DNA of 62,239 nucleotides, the filler included, from Choristocarpus tenellus KU-1152 (Eukaryota; Protista; Phaeophyceae): assembly GCA_964200185.2 (NCBI GenBank). It is 13 parts of 13 records of this genome, joined end to end, with 100 filler letters (N's around TTAATTAATTAA, not from the genome) between each part and the next. Parts side by side here need not be neighbours in the genome. Positions count along the whole stretch, not along the records: positions 49,816 to 52,687 come from CAXNAD020024043.1; positions 52,788 to 56,253 come from CAXNAD020019839.1; positions 56,354 to 58,981 come from CAXNAD020026148.1; positions 59,082 to 62,239 come from CAXNAD020021885.1; 9 more parts are not named here. One strand, 5' to 3'. The notes beneath the pieces are model-generated. The model saw only the letters and a program-made list of their open reading frames with translations, had not been told where the DNA came from and did no database searches. Below, piece by piece: positions 50,901 to 62,239 of this stretch (within the stretch, counting starts at the first letter, position 1; every line of letters begins with the position of its first letter). The position numbers were made by a program, and so were the translations under genes.

Positions 50901-53284
50901 GAGGGAATAGAAGACAGGGTCATCGTGCAGCAGAGTTGGACCAAGTGCAACCTCTACTGTTCAGTTCAATCTCCTCTTGTCCTATTTTGGGAATACTTAA
51001 TTTCTACAATTGAAAAGGGTCCCTGAGATAATTGACTTTCAAATTGATATCCTGTGCTCCAGAGCAGTGAAGAATGGTCAAAGTAACCTTGCTGGCAAGA
51101 ATTTTGTTACTATTTGGGTATTCTTTGCAGCAACCTTATCTTTTTCTGATGCAAGCATCTTCACTCCAGATTGGAAGCAATTCGGGACGAGATGTAGGGT
51201 CAGGGAAGAAGAGCGTACAACCTCAACGTCACCATACCTTCCCATACGTAAAATGTATGGAGCAATATAGTGAAAAACCCTACGGGCATCCTACTCTTGT
51301 TGAGATTAGCAGTGTATCGCACTATCCAATCATTCAGTGGTAATACGGCACCCTCTAAATGTGTACAAAGGTCAATGTCTATCTCAAGAAGATACCAACA
51401 CGAAGATACCAACATAGGAAGCAAAGCAACTACCTCCTCTGCCAAGACGAAAGGAGATGCGAGACTTTTGAAGATTTCCTTCAGGCGGCAGAACTATGTC
51501 TTCACGGTGCAATAATGTGTTGAGGAGACTAGATTATAAGAGAAGAAAGGGGATTGGGGATTCTTATTCTCCACAATGATTTGCCTGCTCATCAGGAGAA
51601 GAATATGGCTTCGCAGGTGCGACTGGGCAATGAAGTAGACAAGAGAACAATTTTCTGAGGTCAGGGTCACGGAATCTATTCTTTGTACCCTGGCATGTTT
51701 TTGTCAAGAACTTGATACATATGTTGCGTACACTCAAGCAGGACTTTGGTGGGCCTTTGTGAGTCTCAAACAAACAAGAACGCATTAAATTTATGTGATG
51801 CATCAAATTATGTCTGGAATTGGTGGGGAATCACTATTCCTTTGCCATAGTATAACTCAATTTACCGAGTCTGTAACAACTATTTCACTTCAAACAACTA
51901 TTTATACAATGAGTAGTCTTCACTTAATCAAACTCTAATGTGGAATTTCTCCCGTTCTTCCTTGAACGGAATTAGCTTTTCTGCTGTTAATACTGCATCT
52001 GGATCGAGGGAACCGTTCCTTCTGTCTCAAGGAAAGGTGGCAACGACAACCTCAGATCGACTGCTGGGAAACTTCAGTACTCCCTATCAATAGAGTTATC
52101 AAGAGAGGCTTTATCAAGGTCAGCAAAGTCAACCACTGCAAGAATCGCTGCTCTTCGGATGAACACAGTCCTGCAGTAACATTGATATACCTCAAATATT
52201 CACTGTTCATATACTTCTGTTACGCCAATTTCAGTCTCAGGTAATTCCTTCTATCTGACTATGAAGCCTGTGCACAACAATGTATCATTCCACCCAGTCA
52301 TCTGAAATGAAGGAGTTCGTCATAGAATTCTTAGTCGTAATCTCCTCAGTTGTCTGGAGGCGGGCATACGAAGATCTTGGGCCTGCCAGGAGGTTCATTA
52401 CCTGCTAAAGGCGAGAAGAGGAGCAACAGATATATGCCTGAGAGAGAGAAGAAAAAAAGAATTGTAAGGAGATACCGGAAAACCAACTGGCACCAAACCA
52501 GTCTTTGCAATTGTAAACCAGGAACGGCAGATAAGGGTTGACTGAGACACTATGGAACAAAAATGTAGCTTTAACTGTACAATACTACAGTGGTAGATCC
52601 TCTGTGAGGTTCAACGTTAACAAAGCAGCGAACTAGTCCCTGAGGCAGCAGCAAAGGTAATATATGCTGGGTCAAAGTATCTTGGGGNNNNNNNNNNNNN
52701 NNNNNNNNNNNNNNNNNNNNNNNNNNNNNNNTTAATTAATTAANNNNNNNNNNNNNNNNNNNNNNNNNNNNNNNNNNNNNNNNNNNNCAGTCAATTTTGG
52801 GTCAAGCCCATCCTCAATGAAAAGCTCCATCCTCAACTTTTGAAATCGGCTGTTAATAGGATATCAACAACCACTGAGAAAGTAATAGTTGTTAGGGCTA
52901 ATGTTAGAACCCCTGTAAAAGTAACATTTTGTCGTAAATGGGAAATATATTTTTCTATACTCTATTTTCTGTTTGGCTACCAGTTATCCTATACCATTCC
53001 CCTCCTCAACAATCTGAAAATCTTAGGTTTAGTATGAGTATATGTTCTTTGATGCGTCGCATCATAAAACGCATGATACGCCTTGATAGTCACTTATGTT
53101 TGATATACAATCTGTTGTAACAGGATTTGACACCTCCTTTCCTGTTGTTGTAGCATAAAACAGGAGTTTACAGTCCTTTCATGGTGCAGAATTATTTACA
53201 AAACGCAATCCTTTGAATCTCAAGACCCCATCACAACACACCCTTTCGACATCTCTTCACTTCTTGTCTTAAACTTGCCGCATA

Positions 53285-54796
53285 ATGATCGCTTCTCTGC
53301 TTCGATTGCTTCTGGTGGTTTGCTGGATGTTTCTGATTGAAGTGAACGCTACGAACTACGACGACCGCGAGTATGTGAAGATTGCAAAATGTAAAAACGA
53401 TTGGAACATTATCGACCCAGATTACTCCTCCCCCGTGGGCACGGTCAAGATTAAGTGAGTGTAGCACACCGCCCCAAGGGTATGTCATATGTTATCAGAG
53501 GCAGGGATACACCAGAATATGATTAGCGAGCTAAGGTAGGGATTTACAGAAGCAAACAAGATGACGCATTCCATCCCAACTGTGATCCTGCCTGATGTAC
53601 TTGTACAGGGTAAGTTATGGTAAGGAGAAGACGAAGACCAAAGTTATCGACTTTGATGCGGCATTTGCGGGAGTGGACACCCTCCCTACAGGCTCGACCT
53701 ATGCTTCTCACATTCATCTTCTGGCATGCAATGATATCTCTACAGGGGCTCTGGCCGGTGGCCATTGGTTGAAGGTCAGTGAAGCAATCGTGACTGGTAC
53801 GTTGAAGATCGACAGCATGCCCCAATACTAATGGCCTTCAGTTTTCTTAACCGTGACATGCGCTTTGGTGACTAACTCAATTAGTTTCGTAGAGATGGGG
53901 GACTCTCTCGTACTTGCTACTCGTAATTCTCACAGGCTCGGAAAATCCATCTTCAATATATACTATACTCTGCCTGTACAAGCTATGCCACGAGAGGTCG
54001 ATGTCCATGTGTCGAATCTAGTCTAAGTAGTGCGATAGATGTTTGTGTGGTGTGGATCGAAAATTTCGAGTGACGGGCCGAGTAGTTCCTCTGTGAAGGT
54101 GGACGTGGAACCAGGTTGCGTAGGGTAAGGTACAGGTCGTCAACAATTTGCTTGGTAGAGCCTATACTTCTGTGTTGGCGGGGTCAAGTTCATTTATCAA
54201 ATTAGGCCAGATATAACAGAGTTTGCATTACTAGCTACCACAAATCAGCGTTAACCCACAAAGCCTACATCCCTCCCAAAAGAAGTATATATACCTTGTC
54301 ACTTGCTCATTTTAGATCACTTTTGGCTAAGATGCATCAGCTCCTTCAGAACCTCAAAGGTTGCCCAGTTGTCCACACAAACACAGAGACAAACATATAA
54401 ACTGGGTTAGGGTTTGAGGGAGTACTTGTCACGCTAGTTGAATACAACGAGGTAGTAGATTCTATTCAATGAAATAAAATGACGCATACACTCATTTTAG
54501 CCATTTGCTGACTCTGTTTATATGTCTTACTGCATTGTCCAATATATTTCCCTCCTCATTCTCTACAATTATCCACCCCCTTTCAGGACCCGACCGGTCC
54601 TGATGATCCCACCAATGCAGTTTTCAATGATCTGGAGAAGTTGAGCTGGGATGCACCAATCTCAGGCCAAGTTGTCTCGAATTTCGTCATTGCCGCTAGT
54701 GACACTCCGTTCATGAGTTACATGATTCATAACTCTGACGGAGATAGAATTTTGTGCTGTGACCTGAGTGTCAAAGAGAGACGTCTTAAATACTGA
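53285..54796 (+). CDS. Secreted Cu/Zn-SOD-fold protein of the copper-only type (complete, 3 exons, 181 aa)
   Basis: Exons 53285-53454, 53609-53774, 54587-54796, GT-AG and in phase. Signal-peptide-like MIASLLRLLLVVCWMFLIEVNA, then YASHIHLLAC...AGGHW...NDL...SYMIHNSDGDRILCC. Confidence 0.85.
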
Positions 54797-55672
54797 GAAC
54801 AGACGACTACTATTGCTCCTTCAACTTACGCCAAGAGTAGTAGTAGCTGTAGGAATTATTGTAGACCAACATTGATTGGAACAAAAGGTATACTCTAGAA
54901 TGATTCAATATTTCTATGGTCCTGAACAGCACAGGAATATGGCAATGTTTGGGAAAGGTATTATGTATGTATGAGAGTGTGAATTTTGCACTTCTCACTG
55001 CTCTGTTGATTGGTCCGGAATTGTTTTGAAGTGTATGCCCACATCTACCATACACAGTAATCTTCAATTCTTGGGTTAGGTGTAATTGTTTTTTGTAGTA
55101 ACAACACTCGATATGATCACGGGAAGAGACAACAAAATGTAGTGCAGTCAGTTTCGAAGGGAACTGTAGATTGTATGGGATTTCAGATAAAGTAACAGCA
55201 ACGGAAGAGTTGCCCTGTCATTGCTAGGTGTGTGGATTAATGTGAAAAAAAGAAGTTTATGAGATCATGGAGTCAAAGCAACTGGGTGGGGCGTATGTTT
55301 TGGACGTTTTGAGTTTCAAAATGATATTTTGAACTTGAAAAAAACTACTCTCCATCATCCATGGATATGATAGGGAAGAGAAACAACCCTTCAGGTACAG
55401 GACAACTTAATCACATTCGTTGAAGGATGGAGGAACGTTAATAGCGGCACATGAGGTTTCGATAATGATCGGTTATAGCTGAAGATGAATAATTGGGAAG
55501 TGGGTGAAGAAACACTACTCCCTGTCCTTATTTATTAAATGTCAGAATTATGTCCAGTGAGCTTAGACAACATTCTTCAACGCATTGAGAAGGGCAAGCA
55601 ACGGGCATTTTAATTTGCACCAGATTTTTTTATCCTGTTACAAATTGGTGTCAATTGGTAAATGATAGGGTT

Positions 55673-55987
55673 TGTTAAGCTGTCCTTGACGATCTGTTGT
55701 CCCAAATAATCAGCTATATTATTGTTTATTAGCTTGTATCACAGCTGAGAAGAGAGTGAGATACCTTCACTAGGTGGGGCTCACCAGTCCTTACATTGAC
55801 TCAGAATACCAAATGACTCAACGTTTCTCTTCTACATGTCAGAAACACTCCGACTCTAATAGTCCGCCGATTAATTCTGGTGAAATACCCCGCCTAAATA
55901 TCCCGAATGTCCCGCATTATCTTCTGTACGTAAAAAAAATATTACTTCAAATCATATTCTCACAAATAGTCAAGCATAATCTTGACA
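55673..55987. mobile_element. Solo LTR with 5-bp target-site duplication GGGTT
   Basis: TG...CA ends, GGGTT on both flanks, homologous to 32725-33012. Confidence 0.92.
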
Positions 55988-56039
55988 GGGTTGAATAGTA
56001 CACAAGGAAATAGCACCGCACCCACCACAGAAACAGAAA

Positions 56040-56253
56040 GGCTATATCTGGAATGCCTATTGAAAGACTCCTTAGACAAACCCTTGGTAAATATATCTGC
56101 ATGTTGAAACTCCGTTGGCAAATACTCAATTGCTATCTTGCCTTCCCTATCCAACTGACGTACCTAGTGATACCTAATATCAATGTGCTTGGTTCTACTC
56201 CTAGATACTGCCTTCTTAGCAATCTTGATTGCACCATCATTATCCTCAAACAC
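56040..56253 (-). mobile_element. Ty1/copia RNase H C-terminus (pseudogenised)
   Basis: VFEDNDGAIKIAKKAVSRSRTKHIDIRYH*VRQLDREGKIAIEYLPTEFQHADIFTKGL, with canonical copia RTKHIDxRYH and ADIFTK motifs and one stop. Confidence 0.93.
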
Positions 56254-58340
56254 NNNNNNNNNNNNNNNNNNNNNNNNNNNNNNNNNNNNNNNNNNNNTTA
56301 ATTAATTAANNNNNNNNNNNNNNNNNNNNNNNNNNNNNNNNNNNNNNNNNNNNATGGGAGTGAAACACCAGAATGTGCAGAGATCGATTGCTGACTTTTT
56401 TTTTTTTTTTTGTGTTGGTGTTAATTCAAGTGTTTTTGTAAGGGTCTGAAGTGTTTCACTTACTTGTTTTTTGTTTTTTTCTGTGATGTAGCACTCTGGG
56501 GGTATGTATGGTAGCGCAATGGAAGAGAAGTGTATGTATGTAAGTCGGGAAGGTGAGAATACACTCGAAAGTGACAAGTGTGCCTGAATGGGATGAAAGT
56601 GCTCATTCTATATCTCTCAACATGAGCGTAAATCTAAATTGCATTTAAAAAAAAAAAAAAAATCAAAACGGAAAAGTTCGGGTTTTGTTTTTTTATTGGT
56701 TACTGTCTGTGTGAATGTGTGCCGGCCGGTGGAGCTCAACGATTTTTTTTTGCGTACATATTTTGATTGTGATCAAGTAGATCGATAAGGATTTATCTTA
56801 GCTGATTTATCTTTCATCCGTGAATGCTTTTCGATTCACAACACTGAAATAATATTTTGAATATTTTATAAAAAAAAAAAAAAGTGGAGTCAGACTTGAA
56901 CCCTGAACTTATTTTTATTTTACACACGTGTCTTTGAACCCCCTTACCAATAGTGACATCCCTTTTCCCCTGGAGAGGTCGTTTAATTTTTGATTACACA
57001 TTGCAATTATTGGTTTTGTTTACTTTATTGGCTGGGGGGTATAGAGCACACTACGGTTATATGTTATAAGCGTCTTTCCTGGGCAGGGACCCAACGAGCC
57101 CGAGAAATTTCTTAATTTCTGCTCAATTATTGAAGTTGGAGGTTGGTGGCACGGTATGATTTTTGGAACGTTTACAGTTGATGGTACGAGTGGTATATCA
57201 ATTGACATTTTCAATATTTTTCTTTTTAGTCATACCGTACCATCGACTAGACGTAGATCATTTTCTGTTTTATTTCTCACACTGTTGAGGGGGATTTTTG
57301 TTTTCATCGAGATCAGGCCTGAAGAATTTCTTTTGTAATTTTTGTGCTGAAGGGGTAAGGGGTGGGGGGTGGGGGGTGGGGGGGGGTGTCATTGTATTTT
57401 ATCATTGAAGTGTGTGGTAGTATCATATCTCTACTGACTGAAGCGGTCAAAATATTTCCTTTTTTTATTTTTGTGAATTGAAAGTGTTTCGGGCGAGTAT
57501 GCACTGTATTGGTTCTCGAATTTTTTCGATGTACTGCATGGTAGTCGACTGTAATCAAACTAAAGCGCCATGGGGCACTACGTGGTGCTACGGGGGCACA
57601 GTGATGGAGTGGTGGAGGAAATTTAGGTGATCAAGTAGTAGTGTGTTCGCTTCTCTTCGAGTGTTGCGATGCAACTGTTACGTTTCACAGTAGTAAACAC
57701 TGTTATTAATGAATGCTTAACGAATTATTTTTTTGATGTGCTCAACGGTGGTGTTTAGTGTTAGGGTGTTTTGAGGTTCTTGACGATTCAGGGGAGCTAC
57801 AATTTGACGTTATGGTTGAGAAAAGGAGTAAGATTAGGAACGAAAATGTGATTGTGAATGGAGAGAGCTGGAGTTGACGCAGAAGGGAGTAGAGGAGGAT
57901 GATGGGAAAATTGTGGGCGGTGAAGTGAGGTGTAGGGTGAACGGATAAAAGACTGAATACCTCAACAGAACCGAGAATTTGTGTTCTCTCTTAGCTAGTG
58001 TGCTCCTTGCCGTCTCCTTTCCCACTCTCCACAACAGCAGCAGCGTGTACTCTGTCGAAGGGCCCTTTGCTGCATCACTTGTAGGGGGAATTTAGGTCCG
58101 TTTCTATTACCCTGTGACGCTCCGCCCTAACCCTAACCCTAACCCTAACCCTAATGTAATCCCACGTCAAAACTTAGAAAATATACTTCTGTGTACGTTG
58201 AAACAGAGAGCGTAACCCTCTGACCTCAAAATGCCAACCATACTCTTACATTGAGACCTCGAACCAATACAAACCCTAACCCTAACCCTAACCTGAATAT
58301 ATATAAATATGTCATGCTTTATGTGTGGAAAAGTTGCCAG

Positions 58341-58924
58341 CTCTTGTGATCATTGTAGGCCTCATGGGTGCGGCTGTTGGCATACTGGTTGACTGGTCCA
58401 TCGTGCAAGCCCAAGCGCTCCGCCTAGATATGGTGCTGTCGAATGAACACCTGTGAGTGTACCCCCAGGGTTGTTGTTCCATGAGTTTTTTTCTTCTAAT
58501 CACTATTTTTGTTGTTATTGATGTGTTTATTGTGTTCGTGTGTGTGTATGTGTGTGTATGCAACAAAGAACTACTATTAATACTACCAATCCCCCTCCCT
58601 TACTTGAAAAGACTAGGTTTAGAATATCTAGTTCAAAAGAAAAAAATCATCATTTTTGTGTGTGTGTGTGTGTGTGTGTTGTGTTTTTTTCTTTCTCTTA
58701 TTGTTGACATACTCTCTCCATCCATCCGCGCCTTCTGTTCATACTACTGTTGTTGCGTCTCTTTTTTTTTTCTTTTCTTTTTCTTTTCTTTTTCTCCTCT
58801 TGCTGGAAGGAAGTTTTCATGGCTGCTCTATGCGATTATATCGATGTGTCTCTCTCTGACCAATTGCTTCATCACGCAGACGTTTTGTCCCAATGCTTCG
58901 GGAGGAGGCGTTCCTGAGATGAAG
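58341..58924 (+). CDS. CLC-family anion channel/transporter, two internal exons (helices B-D)
   Basis: Exons 58341-58452 and 58810-58924 splice to LVIIVGLMGAAVGILVDWSIVQAQALRLDMVLSNEHLKFSWLLYAIISMCLSLTNCFITQTFCPNASGGGVPEMK, matching the CLC PxAxGSGIPExK signature and preceding helices. Confidence 0.85.
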
Positions 58925-61900
58925 GTTAGGTGTCTCGATAGAGAGAGAGGGCCGGGAATCACAGAGAGTGGTGCTTGGGGGNNNNNNNNNNNNNNNNNNN
59001 NNNNNNNNNNNNNNNNNNNNNNNNNTTAATTAATTAANNNNNNNNNNNNNNNNNNNNNNNNNNNNNNNNNNNNNNNNNNNNTTTGCTGAGGGGGGGGGGG
59101 GTGGGGGGGGGGGGGGGGCTTTGGTTGTTGGAAGGGGGTGGGGGGGGGGGGGGGGGGGGGGGCAAGGGAGTCACATCACAATTGTTCCAGTGGGTAGTGC
59201 CATCAGTTTCCTTATGACAAGAGCACCAAACAAGCCAAGCAAGCATCAACAAGGCAGTTTAACCATCAACTTCCCAGAGGTTTGTAAATGACTACCATGG
59301 TGGATGTGATGTAATGTACCCACAGGAGATTGGGTATACAGATTCTATCTCTACAAGAACTTATCTCTACAAGAACTTATTTTTCGATCTTGATATACTT
59401 CCAAAATGTTGCAACACTGCGTAAGTCCTTCAGCAAAGGCAACACATATCAGGAGTGAACATATCTTTCAATTCCCCATCTTCAGGTTGAAAATAAAATG
59501 TGTATCAAGCTCAGGAAGGGTCACTGTATTGGCGATATGGAGGAGGGTATGATGGACAACAAAGCATCCGATGAGAGCAAGATTACTCCTACATTCATTC
59601 AGTAGAACCATAATGTACCGTGATCACTCTACTATGTACTGATCCTGTGGTATGACTTCTTTGAAAGGCAAAAACTGAGGAGTGCAGCGCCATCAGTGGT
59701 CCAATATGCCATCTCCTGAGCTTCCACTATCTCGTGCAATATACCCCATATTCATAATGCAGCCTTGCGGAATATGCCTTTTCCGTTACTGGCCTTGAGA
59801 CAAGAACAGACTTGGTGCGAGTATGCAACAAAGCTAATCGAGCTCATCCAGTCATCAGCACTCAGCAAGGAATTTTGTGAGCACCCGAACATTCTAAAGA
59901 TGGAAAAGCGAGGCATCACACATCCAAGTGTACAAAGATACGGTATACCCAAAACTGCGGTCCAGGTACAACATCATGGCGCTTGTTTATTCCCCTTTGC
60001 CTCCACAGCAAGAAAAGCCTACAATAAACTATACCATAATGCCTATTTCAAAACCCCGACTCCAGTAGCTGGAGAAGGAGAAAACACTGGGGAGAGGGGA
60101 AGTAGCAGGGGCTAAGTAAAACCTCACCCCATGGTCAAACTGCTGGACCCCGCCCACGGACGGCTTTGGTTGCGCTACGCCGCCGCTATCCCCAGCAACT
60201 CCTCCACCACTTCCTTGCTTTCGTGACTTCCCTCCCCCTCTGTCGCGTCCCTCTGGGTGAGCATACGGCAGAGCAAATTATATTAATTAATTGTAGTTGT
60301 TGGGACTGTCAGTCACAGAGTTACCATGTGCGATTTGAGTGCGATGCGGAACATGGGTGCTAGCAGCGAGTTGCACCTTGTATATTTAATGCCTTGCACT
60401 CAAAGTGGGATCGGACACTCAGTAGATGCCAACCCCTCCGACTATCAACACCAACAAGTTCAAATAGATGCTCCAGTCGCAAGTGCAAGGAACATTTCCC
60501 AGCGACAACCAAAGCAGCGGGGGGATTGCTTGGGAGTTTCTGGGGTTCTTTCACATTTGGGATATTAGACAAAGATCGTAATTTCTGTGTGTCGTGCATT
60601 CAACGAGAAAGTTATTTTCAATTAGCAGTTATGCAATCGGCCCAACACCCCGCCAAATCGGATATTCGTTCGGGTGAAAGGAGGTGGTGCGCCCTCACGT
60701 GCCATTGCTCAAAGAGAGGAACATTGAACGTCAAAGAGACGGATAGGATACTTTCAAATATTGTACCTCTCTTCCCCATCTATCACACGTGCTATGACCT
60801 TCCCTGCTGGGTGAGGAACATCCTAGCTAGATATCAGGGAATTGTCATCAGCATTTCTGATGCAGTACAACGGTGTATATTTCTTATCAAGTTCTATGCA
60901 CTCACCATCCCAAACATCACCCCCTACAGTAGTGCAAGAACAGCAAGGAACTGCATCAGGTAATCCATCGTATTTACTCACGTTTCCTCCCACCATTGCC
61001 TGGGTTAGGTACTCCGGTCGATGGTCCATCCTTGTTTCCCTGCCCTCCAAGGTTGATGTGGGCTACATTTGAGGCGACGGCAGGGGGTGCTTGAGAGTTT
61101 GATTGTGTGCCGCCATCGTGCCCACGGTTCGATTGAGGGGGCCTATGCGACATTCCATTCAACGGACCCTGTTGAGTCTAGGGTTATCGATTTAAGGGGG
61201 TTCAAAAGACTCCCCTGAGTGTGTCCCACCCGCCTCGGAGCCACAGACACCTATAAAATAAACAATTTGTCCCTTCTTAAAAAACACGGGACGACCTTCC
61301 ACGGGACCTATCGGGACGGAAAAGCGGATAGACTCACAAAAAGTATGGACAAATGTAGATGAATGAAAAGATTTCTTGGGTGAGACGACATAGAAGTCTT
61401 GATTTCTATTGCCATTTAGAAGATGATATATTGGGGGAAACAAAGACAACATGACACATCAGAATCAGTACTACTTCCGTTAAAGGATTTCCTCTACGAC
61501 AACTGTTCTATCATCGTTGATACCTACCGAAAATGAAAATAACATCACTTCAAAATTGTGCCTTTCTAGTTGGACTAGGGATCGAGAAATATTTAATGTG
61601 AGGTGAGTCCCTGGAGTCTGTGAGACTTCACCTGACTCACGGGGCCTAAGCCTTAAGCATAAAACTTTCATATTTAAAGTTCATGTCGCACCTTCACTCG
61701 TTTTTGTGCTGTTATTTACATTATCTGTCTCTCACAAATATCGTTGTACTATCCTCCTGGACAGTCTAACACGTATCCCCAGTAGTACACTATTTTACTC
61801 TCTCGCAAATATTATTTGTTGCACGACGCCCGTGTATTTGCCTCTCATAAGTGCTATGGGCGTTGCCACACACAGCAGTGGCCTTCCTGCGTGACCCTCC

Positions 61901-62049
61901 TTCTTTACCCCTTCCCTACTACTACTACTGGTGTGTCTATATAACAGGACAATACTCAGTCATGTACTGTTATGGAAACCAATTGGTTCTTCTACCTTCT
62001 TTCTCCGTAACTGTATTGGCTCAAGTGGGACCTGTCTCCGCATTTACGC

Positions 62050-62081
<32 letters not shown>

Positions 62082-62239
62082 CTATCAAGATGCACATCAT
62101 CAGTCAATCCTGTTTCATGAGGGCACCAAGGATACCTACTACTCTTGGTAGTCCCTCAGCATGCATGGTATCTTCTACTAAATGGCTCAAAGTATCTGGG
62201 GAGGGGGGGTGGCGGCTGTCCATTTTGGGTCAATTTTTT

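Noticed and set aside
51490-51516. IIAP*RH resembling a viral terminase Walker A (PRRHGK)
   Set aside because: No GK follows, no other terminase motifs, and a different frame is the more continuous one.
5563-59081. Recurrent TTAATTAATTAA motif and ORFs containing X runs
   Set aside because: Artificial scaffolding linker, not biology.
60300-61460. Possible gypsy gag/protease remnant; similar weak retro fragments near 21716-22096, 41900-42300 and 48970-49230
   Set aside because: Only vague motif resemblance; boundaries and class cannot be supported.

Overview
Eukaryotic DNA, not one locus. It is 13 short contigs joined by twelve 100-nt N spacers, each carrying the artificial six-frame-stop linker TTAATTAATTAA, so nothing can be inferred from adjacency across gaps. 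GT-AG spliced genes and interstitial (CCCTAA)n tracts suggest an intron-rich protist or alga (a brown-alga-like stramenopile is my inference, not shown). Genes reconstructed by hand with phase-consistent splicing: a membrane RING-H2 E3 ligase, a UBE2T-like E2 (3' part), a PX-domain protein (5' part), a complete secreted copper-only-type superoxide dismutase, and two exons of a CLC anion channel with a non-canonical GGGVPE filter motif. Also present: tRNA-Arg(ACG) and an EEF1AKMT4-like pseudogene. The rest is transposon-rich: three MITE families with related termini, a fourth MITE with a 4-bp TSD, a decayed DD39D mariner, copia/gypsy remnants, two copies of one LTR, three fold-back inverted repeats and minisatellites. 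Best leads: the Cu-only SOD, the Gly-filter CLC and the MITE clan with its CpG-decay signature. Family assignments rest on motif recognition, not database searches.
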